A stretch of 64,000 nt of DNA from Candidatus Eiseniibacteriota bacterium. GTDB lineage: Bacteria; Eisenbacteria; RBG-16-71-46; JABDJR01. Shown here one piece after another: positions 41,201-50,425 of the stretch. Numbering within the stretch: the stretch's first letter is position 1; each line of letters starts with the position of its first letter. Both the position numbers and the translations under genes were made by a program. The stretch covers positions 1,504,001-1,568,000 of the forward strand of contig CAWANH010000029.1 in NCBI GenBank assembly GCA_963783375.1, written 5' to 3'. Under the pieces are notes generated by a model. It saw only the letters and a list, made by a program, of their open reading frames with translations, had not been told where the DNA came from and did no database searches.

Positions 41201-41591
41201 GATTGCTCCGGAAGATCACGCTCTTCCCGTCCGGAGTCCAGCCCAGAACCATGTCGGCGGAGGGGTGCCAGGTGAGCCGGCGCGGTTCCCCCCCATCGGC
41301 GGGGATCACGAACACGTCGGTGTTTCCGTCGTACCCCCCGCTGAAAGCGATCTCCTTGCCGTCGGGCGAGAAGTGGGGGAAGGATTCGTTACCGGGATGG
41401 GTGGTGAGCCGGCGGGCGATTCCTCCCTGGTCGGAAGCCACCCACAGGTCGGCCTCGGCCGAAAACACGATCCGATTGCCGTTGATGTCGGGATAACGGA
41501 AGTAGGCGTCGTCGGCCCCCGCGCGGCCGGCGGTGAACAGGCCGAGCACGAAACCGAGGGCACAGGCGGCGACGAGGAGACGGGTCTTCAT
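38271..41591 (-). CDS. Tricorn-type S41 protease
   Basis: Signal peptide, PD40 propeller repeats and a PDZ domain; SHTY, GYIHIPDM, RWNGGG and AGSDGD. Confidence 0.93.
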   Translation of the reverse strand: MKTRLLVAACALGFVLGLFTAGRAGADDAYFRYPDINGNRIVFSAEADLWVASDQGGIARRLTTHPGNESFPHFSPDGKEIAFSGGYDGNTDVFVIPADGGEPRRLTWHPSADMVLGWTPDGKSVIFRSNRSDPHGNTEIYTVPAAGGDPVLVPLGWAARLSIDPGTGMYAFNRKQREFATWKRYRGGTASDIWVGAPGKSDYRKITVFEGNDAFPMWHAGSIYYLSDQGGTVNIWSIQPDGSGLKRHTDFGKWDARWPSMGPDGRIAFTLAADIQVYDPKDDSVRKVAVDLPSDRVLTRVRYPDAGQYLTFFDLAPDGDRLAVTARGEVFSVPVKDGVTLPVTRGSGARESYASFSPDGKKLVYVTDATHEESIRTIDSWGRGDAKTVKPSGETGWNFPPVWSPDGKWIAYADQTYTLYVVSANGGAPRKADQAADGEIRSYAWSPDGRWLAYRKPLRNQYGSIYIYDVTDGSIHEVTGPDTNDGSPAWDPDGRYLYFMSDRAINPILGLQDWDNVEAKDTRPYMVLLRKDVKNPFADLEGLPPADEAEKGAGDKKDKDDKDEEKKDEVKPVAIDFDGLATRVLELPVPRGNYGGLAATSKAVFYVSVPLKGFAEQAGLFQEEGPDATLMSFDLEKKKPTPFMEGISGYSLAARSGKVAVMKGKGEIYVVDAGSPPGDLSDAKVSLADAVIDLDPHEEWEQIYYEAWRNERDFFWDPKMGGLNWKAIRDRYATLLPRLASRSDLQDLVGEVIGELNNSHTYIFGGDPGVHVTRVSTGLLGADVAREGNAYKVTRIYYGAPADEVESPLRMPGVDVKEGDYIVAVNHRPFTSGEPFYAAFADLAGKSVLLTVNSRPVMDGSRDVVVKTLGSEHDLRYSDWVRRNREYVAQKTGGKIGYIHIPDMWKDGLIEFNTWFYPQLDKEGMVVDNRWNGGGAVSQMIVERFRRHVLSFDRARWGQVSTYPDRVLNGPFVVLTNEFAGSDGDIFPAAIQLEKLAPVIGMRSWGGVVGIRGDKQTVDGGLVTQPEFAWWEPGAGWTIENHGVDPDIEVQNMPEDVAEGKDPQLDRAIQEVMKLHQERPPIEPQFGPVRQRTRAAFAPELDGLKK

Positions 41592-41804
41592 GGCATTCCC
41601 TCTCTGTCCGGACTTCTGGGGATTGAGTGAGAGTGAGAGGACTGCGGGGAAGACAGGGTAACCCCGGGGCCGGCCCCAGACAAGGGGCGGATGCGCCGCG
41701 CCGGCCGGCAGGAAACATCTCGGGAGCGCGGCGCTCCGGGCTCCCGGCGGACCGCAGAAGCCCCCGGGCCCGGGCCGGTACGGCCCGAGCCCGAGAATGT
41801 TCCT

Positions 41805-41859
41805 TTCCGATCGGATCGATCGGAAATCCCCGGCCCGGACCCTCGCGGATCCGGGCCGG
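41805..41859 (-). terminator. Paired inverted repeats downstream of the M16 operon (possible terminator)
   Basis: CCGGCCCGGA/TCCGGGCCGG at 41830-41859 and TTCCGATC/GATCGGAA at 41805-41825. Confidence 0.4.
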
Positions 41860-41882
41860 ACCCGATTGCTTCCGGGACCGCG

Positions 41883-44030
41883 TCAGGGCTTGGCGAACAC
41901 CGATTCGGCCACCCCGGTGTTCAGCTTCACCACGGTCACCGTCGACGTGGCGAAGGGGTCCCCGTCCTGGCGCAGCTCCCGCTTGTGGGGCCACTGAATC
42001 CCGCCGACCTTCTTGTAGTCCTGGATGGATTCCTGGGCCATGACCGGCGCCCCGGTCATGGGGTTCCGGGACCGGTACTCCATGCGGACGATCCGGTGGG
42101 TTCCCTGGTCCAGGTACACCCGCCACTGCTTGATGTTCGGGCTCCGGATGAAGAGCACGTCGGCGGGCTTGCCGTCCACGTCCACCGGATCGGGCAGGGC
42201 CTGGATCTTCATGGTCGGGTACGTGTTCAGGAACACGTAGAGATCCCGTTCGTTCTCGGCCTTCTGCTCGGCCATGGCATCCGGGGCCAGATCCTGCACC
42301 CCCTGGGGGCTCTGCACCCACCCCTGGTCTCCGCAAATCGTCTGTACGACGGTACCCATCGGCGTCTTCTGCTCGGTCTTCTCGCAGTCCATCCCCTTCT
42401 TGATCGAGGTGGCGGAGAACTGGAGCTGCATCCCCCGGACGAAGATCGTCCCGTCCATCTCCACCGTCATGTCCTTGACCTTCTTGAGCGCGTCGCCGCC
42501 CACCGCGGCCGCCGCCTGGTCCATGAGCTTCTGGCCCCGGGCCAGGCTGGCCGGATCGGCGTCAGGAACACTGCCGCCCGGAGGTTCGGGGATGGTGACG
42601 TCGATGTCCTTGTAGGGTCCGAGCGCGGCCAGGGCGTCGGCGAACTTGGCCTTGGTGCCGATGATGACCTGGGCTTCCTTGGGATACTTCACCTCGCGCT
42701 TGGCCGCGGCCAGGATGTCCTGGGGGGTGAGGGCCTTCACCTCCTCCTGGTACTTCTGGAGGAAATCCTTCGGATAGCCGTAGTACTCGTATTGGGCCAT
42801 CCGGTTCAGCACCGCCCCCTTGGACGAGAACGAGAACACCAGGGAATTCAGGATGGCGTCCTTACCCTGCTTCACCTGCTTGGCGGTGAACGGCTCCTGG
42901 AGATACTTGGCCACGTCCACTTTCAGGTAGCCCAGGGTAGCCACGGTGGAGTCGGACTGGGTCAGGGCGTAGAAGAACATCCCCCCGGGGTGGTGGAGGC
43001 CCGCCCCCGGCGAGGAACCGGTGGCGTAGGCCAGACCATGCACGGTGCGGATGTCGTTGAAGAGCACGCTCCCGAAACCGCCGCCCATGATCTCGTGATA
43101 GACGGACATGGCGGCGAAGTCCGGGTTGTCCATTCTGAGACCGGTCTGGGCCAGAACCACCGCGCTGTTGGTGGTGTTCTCCTTGTCGATCACGAAGGTC
43201 CCGGTCACGTCGGTGGGAACGGCCGGCGGATCCGGGGGAAGGGCCTTCGTCGCCTTGGCCCAGTCCCCGAAGTCCTTCCGGAGAAGCTCCTTCACCTGCC
43301 CGCTGTCGAAGTCCCCGTACACCGTCATGATGATGCGGTCGGGATGGAAGTAGGTGTCGTGGAAGGCCACCATGTCGTCCCGGGTGATGGCGTCGATGGT
43401 GGCGTACTCGGTGTGGCGTGCGTAGGGGCTGTCCGCCCCGTAGAGGAGCTTGGGGATCTCGCGGGTAAGGATGTCCAGCATCTCGTCGTTCCGGCCCGCG
43501 ATTTCCGTCTGCTCCTGCTTCTTGGCCAGCTTGATCTTCTCGTCGGGGAAGGCGGGGTGGCGCATGACGTCGTTCAGGAACCCGAACCCCTTGACCAGGT
43601 CCTGGCTCAGCACCGACATCGAGACCGTCCCCTGGGTCTGGCCGATCGAAACCTCGACGCTGGCCCCCATCGATTCCAGGAGCACGTCCAGGGAGTCACC
43701 GGCAATGGAGGTGGTCCCCCCCGAGCGCATCACCGTGCCGGTGACCGAAGCGAGACCTACCTCGTCCGCCGGCTCGTAGATCGAACCCACCCGGACCAAC
43801 GCCTGGGCGTCCACCAGCGGGAAGTCGTGGTCCTCCAGGAGATAGACCACCATACCGTTGTCCAGCACGAATCGCTCGGGCTGGGGTACCTGGATCTGGT
43901 TCAGGTCGGGGACCTTCATCTGGCGGGGATCCACCCAGGGACCGGCCGCCGAGGCCGCATTGGCCATGAATACGAGGCCCAGGGCCAGTGCCAGGATGGC
44001 GGCCCAGCCGCTCATTCGTATCGAACGCAT
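41883..44030 (-). CDS. M16 peptidase non-catalytic subunit with an extra C-terminal domain
   Basis: LDNGM.VYL, M.SGGT and IRTVHGLAY motifs; no HXXEH; signal peptide. Confidence 0.85.
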   Translation of the reverse strand: MRSIRMSGWAAILALALGLVFMANAASAAGPWVDPRQMKVPDLNQIQVPQPERFVLDNGMVVYLLEDHDFPLVDAQALVRVGSIYEPADEVGLASVTGTVMRSGGTTSIAGDSLDVLLESMGASVEVSIGQTQGTVSMSVLSQDLVKGFGFLNDVMRHPAFPDEKIKLAKKQEQTEIAGRNDEMLDILTREIPKLLYGADSPYARHTEYATIDAITRDDMVAFHDTYFHPDRIIMTVYGDFDSGQVKELLRKDFGDWAKATKALPPDPPAVPTDVTGTFVIDKENTTNSAVVLAQTGLRMDNPDFAAMSVYHEIMGGGFGSVLFNDIRTVHGLAYATGSSPGAGLHHPGGMFFYALTQSDSTVATLGYLKVDVAKYLQEPFTAKQVKQGKDAILNSLVFSFSSKGAVLNRMAQYEYYGYPKDFLQKYQEEVKALTPQDILAAAKREVKYPKEAQVIIGTKAKFADALAALGPYKDIDVTIPEPPGGSVPDADPASLARGQKLMDQAAAAVGGDALKKVKDMTVEMDGTIFVRGMQLQFSATSIKKGMDCEKTEQKTPMGTVVQTICGDQGWVQSPQGVQDLAPDAMAEQKAENERDLYVFLNTYPTMKIQALPDPVDVDGKPADVLFIRSPNIKQWRVYLDQGTHRIVRMEYRSRNPMTGAPVMAQESIQDYKKVGGIQWPHKRELRQDGDPFATSTVTVVKLNTGVAESVFAKP

Positions 44031-44080
44031 GCTCGGAACCTCCGCGAAACGGAAAACGCCGTATCGGTCGTGGGTGCGGC

Positions 44081-45598
44081 TCATGACTGGGGCTTCCTGA
44101 TCACACCGACCACCCGGTTACCCGGCCGGAAGGTCTCCGCCGCCGCCTTCTGGATGTCCTCCGCGGTCACCGCGTCGATCTGGTCCAGGGTCTGGAACAG
44201 CCGGTGCCAGTCCCCGAGCTTCCCCTGGGCCTCGGCCAGCTTTCCGGCCAGACCCATGTTGGAGCGAAGGCCGCGAACGAAGGAGGCCCGGTTCATGGTC
44301 TTCACCTTTGCGAGTTCGTCGGCGGTCGGGCCGTCCTTGGCCAGCCGGTCCAGTTCCTCGTAGGCGGCCGCCTCGACCTGGTCGGTGGTGGACCCCTTGT
44401 TCACCAGGGCCTGCACGATCAACAGCGCCGGGTACTTGTTCCCCAGGAAACCCGCCCCGGCTCCGGCCTGGGCCGCCACCTGGTCTTCCTTCACCAGCCG
44501 CTGGTAGAGGCGGCTGGACCGACCGGAGCCCGCGATGTCCCCCAGGAGCTCATAGGTGAACCAGTGCGGGTTCCGCCGGCTGGGAATGTGGTAGCCGACC
44601 AGGACCAAAGGCTGGGCGTCCTCTTCCCGGACCACCCGCACCTCGGCTTCGTGCCGCGGCTCCACCGTCCGCAGAAACGGCGGCTTGGGTCCGGAATGCA
44701 CGCCGGAGAAGTACTTGTCCGCGAACTTCTTCACGTCGGAGAACTTCACGTCCCCCACCACCGCGATCGTGATGTTCGGGGCCACGTAGTACTTGTTGAA
44801 GAAGGCCCGGGCATCGTCCCGGGTGATCCGCTTGAGATCCGAGGAGATCCCGATCACCCCGCCGATCCCGTAAGGGTGGGCGAAGTAGCTCGACTGGATC
44901 CAGTCCAGGAACAGGCGGCCGGTGGGGCTCGATTCCTGGAAACGGCGCTCCTCGTACACCACGCTGCGCTCGGTGTAGAACTCGCGCAGCACCGGGTTGG
45001 TCAGCCGGTCCCCTTCCAGTCGCGCCCAGAGTTCCAGCCGGTTCGAAGGCAGGCTGTAGTAGTACTGGGTCCAGTCGGTGAAGGTGGAGGCGTTGAGCCC
45101 GACCACCCCGTTCTCCTCCAGCACCTTCCCGAAGTCGTTGGTCACCACGTACTTCTTGGCCGCGTCCTGCTTGGCCTTGAAGTCGTCCATGAGCTTTCCC
45201 AACCGGGTGGAGTCGGTGTCGAACCCCTTGTTCATCTCGTCGGACACCGCGGCCCAGGCCGCGTCCACCGCGTCCATGGCCTTCTTCTCGGCGGCGTAGT
45301 CCTTGGTGCCGACGGTCTGGGTGCCCTTGAAGGCCATGTGTTCGAACATGTGGGCGATGCCGGTGATCCCCGGCACCTCGTCCACCCCGCCCGCGTTCAC
45401 GTAGGTGCGGAAGGAGAAAACGGGCGCGTCATGGCGCTCCAGGACGAGAAAGGTCAGACCGTTGGGTAGGGTGTAGGACTGGACCTGGGATTCCAGATCC
45501 TTGAATCCCGCCGCGCCCGCGGATCCGACCCCGGTCAGGGTCGCGATCAGCACACAGGCGCCCAGCGCGCGAAATCTCATGGAAAGCCTCCGGTTCAT
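44081..45598 (-). CDS. M16 zinc peptidase, catalytic subunit
   Basis: GIAHMFEHMAFKGT (HXXEH), LNAST and VYEERR; signal peptide. Confidence 0.92.
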   Translation of the reverse strand: MNRRLSMRFRALGACVLIATLTGVGSAGAAGFKDLESQVQSYTLPNGLTFLVLERHDAPVFSFRTYVNAGGVDEVPGITGIAHMFEHMAFKGTQTVGTKDYAAEKKAMDAVDAAWAAVSDEMNKGFDTDSTRLGKLMDDFKAKQDAAKKYVVTNDFGKVLEENGVVGLNASTFTDWTQYYYSLPSNRLELWARLEGDRLTNPVLREFYTERSVVYEERRFQESSPTGRLFLDWIQSSYFAHPYGIGGVIGISSDLKRITRDDARAFFNKYYVAPNITIAVVGDVKFSDVKKFADKYFSGVHSGPKPPFLRTVEPRHEAEVRVVREEDAQPLVLVGYHIPSRRNPHWFTYELLGDIAGSGRSSRLYQRLVKEDQVAAQAGAGAGFLGNKYPALLIVQALVNKGSTTDQVEAAAYEELDRLAKDGPTADELAKVKTMNRASFVRGLRSNMGLAGKLAEAQGKLGDWHRLFQTLDQIDAVTAEDIQKAAAETFRPGNRVVGVIRKPQS

Positions 45599-45860
45599 GG
45601 CGTTCTCTGCATCGGACGAAGTTGGACTGGGGGTTGGGCTGAGCATTGTAACGTCCCTCCCCGCGACTAACGAGGGTAAAAAGGGACCGGGAGGGGGACT
45701 GGGGAAGTCGTTGGGCCCGGGGGACTTCAGCCCGCTCCCGGCGGGGGCCTCCGCCCGTCGAGGCCTCGGGGGCACTCCCCGGAGCCGGAGGGAAGGTGGG
45801 AGCCGCAGGCGCCCGACGGTCCCGTGCCGGCGGGCGCCTCGGCCATGGATTGGGTTGCGC

Positions 45861-46520
45861 CTAGAAGATCCGGCCGAAGACCTGCTTGATCTTCCCCCAG
45901 GTGCTCTTCTCGTTCGGGGTCGGCACGGAGTCGCTGACCTGGATGTTCAAGGCAACGTCGAACACGTGGTACGTGATCCCGTCGATGATGAGGATGTCGC
46001 AGGGGCTCACCACCTGGTCGCCGTTCTCGTCGAGCCAGTCATCCACGTGGCCCAGACCGCAGAAGACGGGGGCCACCTGGTGCCACATCTCGCAGATCGG
46101 GTTACCCGGGTCGTGAACCGGGTCCTGGTCGGGCTCCCACCAAGTCTGCCCGCCGGTCTGCACCTCCTCCAGAACGTAGGTCGGCCCCACCCAGTCGACG
46201 TGCAGGTACATGTTGTCGAGCTGGATGCAGTCGCAGACGGAGAGGACACCGTCTCCGTTGTCTCCGAACGCCACCTGGTGATGGTCCACGCAGAAGTTGG
46301 GGTAGAGCTCGTGCCAGGTGGTGCAGGTGCCGGGAATCGCCGGTCCAACGCTGTTCACCCCGAAGACTCCCGGGGCTCCCGGCGCAGCCTGGAGTTCGAG
46401 GTACATCTGCGCAATCGGGTTGGTGGTCGCGCGATGGGTCGAGACGACAAGGAACACACCGGCCAGAACCACCACGGGGATCACGATCCAGCCGATTCGG
46501 CGAACTAGCCAGAGATTCAT
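45861..46520 (-). CDS. Exported Cys/His-rich repeat protein with C-terminal TWGKIK motif
   Basis: Signal peptide; two ~50-aa repeats (C..WH...P.FC...H....D.NGD...S.CD); ends STWGKIKQVF. Confidence 0.75.
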   Translation of the reverse strand: MNLWLVRRIGWIVIPVVVLAGVFLVVSTHRATTNPIAQMYLELQAAPGAPGVFGVNSVGPAIPGTCTTWHELYPNFCVDHHQVAFGDNGDGVLSVCDCIQLDNMYLHVDWVGPTYVLEEVQTGGQTWWEPDQDPVHDPGNPICEMWHQVAPVFCGLGHVDDWLDENGDQVVSPCDILIIDGITYHVFDVALNIQVSDSVPTPNEKSTWGKIKQVFGRIF

Positions 46521-46635
46521 GGCTGCCTCCGATCAAAACCCCGGCAGCGCCCGGGGGTGGGAGAGCGCCATCGTCGGGATCGAGGTTCAAGGCCTGCCGC
46601 GAAGACCTGAAACCCAGACTAACCCGGGTGAGGGA

Positions 46636-46712
46636 CGATTACAATTATATCTTAATTATTCAAATTAAATACTGCTTTGATCATGAGACCCAGGAACTCA
46701 TTAAAAATGGAT
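46636..46712 (-). promoter_or_regulatory. Strongly AT-rich promoter or regulatory patch
   Basis: GATTACAATTATATCTTAATTATTCAAATTAAATAC..., upstream of the gene starting at 46520. Confidence 0.45.
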
Positions 46713-46803
46713 CCAGAATCGCCGGTGACCACCCCTTCCGGGCCGAGCCCGACCCATCCATGAAACCGTGTCGCGAGGGGGAGCGGATGGCCGCCGGGAA
46801 GGG

Positions 46804-47733
46804 CTAGAGCCGCCTGGTTCCCGCCGCGGTGACGTGGCGGAAGACCGCCTCCAGGGTGTTGTCCAGGGTCTCCAGCCGGCGGACCGGCGACCCGGTCCGG
46901 ACCACCGCCTGGGCCAGCTCGCGGTAGGCGGTCTCGGGCCGGTCGGTCACGAACTCGAACTGCTCCGCCCCCACCATCTTGAGCTCGCGCACGTGAGGCA
47001 GGCCCACCAGGGCCGCACCCAGGGTTCGCGGGTCGCCGGTCGTGACCTGCACCCGGTGGGGGTGGCGGTCGCGAAGCTCCACCAGGAGATCCTCGATCCG
47101 CCCGAACCCCAGAAGCCGTCCGTGGGCGAGGATCCCCACCCGGTCGGTCAGGGACTCGACCTCGTGGAGGACATGGGAGGAAACGAGCACGGTGCGCCCG
47201 CTCTCTCCCAGGAGGTGAACGAGTTCGGTCAGCTGACGCCGGGTGGGAGGGTCCACCCCCAGGAAAGGCTCGTCCAGGAGCACCAGATCGCTTTCGTCGG
47301 CGAGGGCCAGCCCGAGCTTGACGCGCTGACGCATTCCCCGGGAGTAGGCTCCCACCTTTCGCCCGCCGTGTTCGGTGAGCCGAACCACCTCCAGGGCGCG
47401 GTCGGCAAGCTCGCGGGCCCGGCGTCGGTTCTCGCCCCGGGCCAGGAACGCGACCTCGAGGTTCTTCCGCCCGGAAAGACTCTGGTGGAAGCACTCGGTG
47501 GCCGGCACCAGGCGGATGCGCGACCGGACCGAGGCCTGGGTGAAGGGCGTCCCCCCCAGCACCCGGACCGTGCCCTCGACCGGGGCCACCAGACCGGTCA
47601 GGACCCGCATGAGCGTGGACTTCCCGCTCCCGTTCGGCCCCACGATGCCGGTGATCCCGGGAGCCAGGCCGAGGGTCACGTTGCTGAGCCCCACCACCTC
47701 GCCGTAGAAGACGCTCACCCCGCGAAGCTCCAC
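46804..47733 (-). CDS. ABC-2 type transporter ATP-binding protein
   Basis: GPNGSGKS, YSRGMRQR, LLDEP and SSH. Confidence 0.92.
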   Translation of the reverse strand: MELRGVSVFYGEVVGLSNVTLGLAPGITGIVGPNGSGKSTLMRVLTGLVAPVEGTVRVLGGTPFTQASVRSRIRLVPATECFHQSLSGRKNLEVAFLARGENRRRARELADRALEVVRLTEHGGRKVGAYSRGMRQRVKLGLALADESDLVLLDEPFLGVDPPTRRQLTELVHLLGESGRTVLVSSHVLHEVESLTDRVGILAHGRLLGFGRIEDLLVELRDRHPHRVQVTTGDPRTLGAALVGLPHVRELKMVGAEQFEFVTDRPETAYRELAQAVVRTGSPVRRLETLDNTLEAVFRHVTAAGTRRL

Positions 47734-47803
47734 CGGCGCCTCGGCGGGGGCGGCCCGGTCCGCGAGCGTCCCCCCCCCTCGCGGAGGACGTCCACCCCCC
47801 CGG

Positions 47804-48598
47804 TCACGGGATCATCTCCCGGCGCACCGCGCGCATGGTGACCATGGCGCCCGCCGCCGCGTAGAGGGAGAGCGCCAGGGCGGCCAGCGCCCCCCGCAGA
47901 AGCCCCGAGTCCCCGAAGAAGAACCCCAGGAGCGCCTGGGCGGCCTCGGCCGGACCCACCGCGTAGGCGTCGGAGCCCCAGATGGCTCGGAACACGTTGT
48001 CGGGAATCACGAAGAAGAACGCGGCGATGAGAAGCGCCCAGCGCGCGCGCTTGGTGCCCGCGCTCGGCCCCACCGAGACCCCGGCGTAGCCCGCGGCCAT
48101 GAACAGCCCCGCCACCACCACCTTGGCCACCAGGATCATCGACTCCCCGGTGCCCACCTTGTCCGGCATCACCCCCTGGCGGAGGACCGCGATCAGAAAG
48201 CCCGGCACCACCAGGAGCCCGAAGGTCGGAAGCGCCACCGCCAGCATCTTCCCCAGGGTGTAGTGCCAGGGCATGACCGGGCGGACGGCGTAGAGGTAGA
48301 GAACATCCTCGGAACGATCCCGGGCCACCAGCGGAGTGCCGAGGCCCAGGGCCAGGAGCGCCACCGGCATGGCCTGGATGAAGAGGAAGCGCAGGACGGG
48401 GTCCCAGCCGAGGTCGGTTCCGGTGGCCGATTCCGCCATGACCCGCACCACCAGGATCACCCCCATCACCAGGGGGGGAAGGGCGCTGAACAGGAAGAGC
48501 AGGCGCACGAGCTTCCGCCGCGAAGCGATGCCCAGCTCCCGTCGCGCGATGGAGCGGATCACGTGCCAGTGCGAGGGGGCGCGGCGTTCAACGGCCAC
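47804..48598 (-). CDS. ABC-2 type permease
   Basis: About 6 TM helices; RDRS....YLY..RP.....Y.LGK. Confidence 0.82.
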   Translation of the reverse strand: MAVERRAPSHWHVIRSIARRELGIASRRKLVRLLFLFSALPPLVMGVILVVRVMAESATGTDLGWDPVLRFLFIQAMPVALLALGLGTPLVARDRSEDVLYLYAVRPVMPWHYTLGKMLAVALPTFGLLVVPGFLIAVLRQGVMPDKVGTGESMILVAKVVVAGLFMAAGYAGVSVGPSAGTKRARWALLIAAFFFVIPDNVFRAIWGSDAYAVGPAEAAQALLGFFFGDSGLLRGALAALALSLYAAAGAMVTMRAVRREMIP

Positions 48599-49514
48599 CG
48601 GTCTTCTCCATCACGCCCACCACGGCGTCCTCCAGGGTGGGGATCTCGCGGCCCAGGTGGCGCACCTCGGCCCCGCTCTCGTCCACCACCCGCCAGAAGG
48701 TCAGGAGTTCGGCGTCGGTCGCGGGCCTCACCACCAGCCGTCCGTCTCCGCGCGTTTCGGTCCGCACCCCCGAGGCCGTGAGCCGCTCGACCAGGGCCGC
48801 ATCGAATCCCGAGCCCTCGGCCACCAGCACCTCGGACTCCGGCCCCAGGATCCCGGTCACCGAGCCGTAGTAGGCCACCGCCCCCCCCTCCAGCAGCAGG
48901 AGCTCGTCGCAAAGGTACTCGGCGTCGTGGAGGATGTGGGTGCTGACCAGGATCTGGCGGCCCTCGTCGCGGAGGTCGCGGATGAGGCTCAGGAGCTGGG
49001 CCCGGCCGGGGGGATCGAGCCCCACCGTCGGCTCGTCCAGGATCAGGACTTCGGGGTCGTGGACCAGGCTCATGGCCAGCTTCGTCCGCTGGCGCATGCC
49101 GGTGGAGTAGCCCCGCGTGGCGCGGTAGCGTTCCTCTCCCACGTCGAGGGCGTCGAGAGCTCGATGGGCGCGCCGAAGCGCCTCACGCCGCGAGAGCCCG
49201 GAGAGCATGCCCGCGAATACCACCGCATCCACCCCCGATCCCCCGGGGAAGATTCCCGCCTGTTCGGCCATGACCCCGGCCCGCGCGCGGACTTCCATGG
49301 CGCTCTGGGGAAGGTCGAGTCCCAGGACCCGGACCCGCCCGCTCCGGGGGCGAAGAACCCCCAGGAGCGCGCCGATCAAGGTCGACTTGCCGGCGCCGTT
49401 CGCCCCCACCAGCCCCACCGCCCGGCCGGCCATGGAGGCGGTGATCCCCTGGAGCACCGGCCGACCGCCCCGGTAGAGGTTCACGTTCTCCAGCTCGATC
49501 CAGGGACGGCTCAT
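48588..49514 (-). CDS. ABC-2 type transporter ATP-binding protein
   Basis: GANGAGKS, YSTGMRQR, ILDEP and STH. Confidence 0.92.
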   Translation of the reverse strand: MSRPWIELENVNLYRGGRPVLQGITASMAGRAVGLVGANGAGKSTLIGALLGVLRPRSGRVRVLGLDLPQSAMEVRARAGVMAEQAGIFPGGSGVDAVVFAGMLSGLSRREALRRAHRALDALDVGEERYRATRGYSTGMRQRTKLAMSLVHDPEVLILDEPTVGLDPPGRAQLLSLIRDLRDEGRQILVSTHILHDAEYLCDELLLLEGGAVAYYGSVTGILGPESEVLVAEGSGFDAALVERLTASGVRTETRGDGRLVVRPATDAELLTFWRVVDESGAEVRHLGREIPTLEDAVVGVMEKTGGR

Positions 49515-49539
49515 CGCCGGCCCCCTCGGGTCCGCCGCC

Positions 49540-50283
49540 TCAACACAGCTCCCCCAGACTCTTCCGATTGAAGACCAGGACGGTGGCGGCCAGGAAGATC
49601 GCGCCGATTCCCAGGAGCACCGCGGCCGCGACCGCGTTCGAGGTCTGGGAGAGCGGGACCGAGAGCGGAAGGCGCATGTCGATGACGCGATCGGCCAGGA
49701 CGGACAGGTGATAGGAGGGAGACAGCCGCCGGAGGGCGAAGGGGAGCTGGGCCAGGGGTTGATCCAGGAGGAAGTAGAAGACCAGCCCGACGATGAGGCC
49801 GCGCCGAAACGCCAGGTGGAAGAACCCGAAAAGGGCGGTGTAGGCCAGCGATCCCATGAGAACGGCCAGGTATTCCCGGGGGAGGGGTCCCATCGGCATG
49901 CCGTCCAGGAGCCGGATCACCGTGACCACGATCAACCCGCCCGCGGTGAGGAGGAGGGCGGTGGTCAACGTTCGCACCACGGCCAGGGTGGAACGGGACA
50001 CCGGGCTCAGGAGCGCGTAGAGGAGCGTCCGCTGCCGGATCCCGTCCCCGAGCGACATCTCGCTCACCAGGATCGCGGTCAGGGGGACCCCGGGAACGAT
50101 CGCCACGAGCTGGAGGGAGCGGAGGAGGTTTCCGAACATGCTCGGGAGAAGACGCTCCAGGAGAAAGGCGACGCCGATCAGGCCGAAGGCGAGAAAGCCG
50201 ACCCCGAGCCCAAGCCGGAGTCCCCGGAAGGACGGCATCGGGGCGAGGTACGCGCGGAGCGCCACCAGCGTCGGTTGGGACAT
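49540..50283 (-). CDS. ABC-2 type permease
   Basis: About 6 TM helices; RTLLY.L.SPVSR. GGAG RBS. Confidence 0.8.
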   Translation of the reverse strand: MSQPTLVALRAYLAPMPSFRGLRLGLGVGFLAFGLIGVAFLLERLLPSMFGNLLRSLQLVAIVPGVPLTAILVSEMSLGDGIRQRTLLYALLSPVSRSTLAVVRTLTTALLLTAGGLIVVTVIRLLDGMPMGPLPREYLAVLMGSLAYTALFGFFHLAFRRGLIVGLVFYFLLDQPLAQLPFALRRLSPSYHLSVLADRVIDMRLPLSVPLSQTSNAVAAAVLLGIGAIFLAATVLVFNRKSLGELC

Positions 50284-50425
50284 CTCACTCCTCGTTCACG
50301 GACCCGCCCCCTCGGCGGCTCCGAACCGGGCTCCGCCGCCCGGCGATCCCCTCCGGCCGTGGCCGGAACGCATGGGCCGGCGCGTCTCCTGGGGAGAACT
50401 ACGCGATCGGGATCCCCGGGTTGCG

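Noticed and set aside
4206-41630. Very long antisense ORFs (4206-7472 +, 10316-14884 -, 30686-33487 -, 37554-41630 +)
   Set aside because: These are shadow frames opposite well-supported genes, expected in high-GC3 DNA, and carry no motifs.
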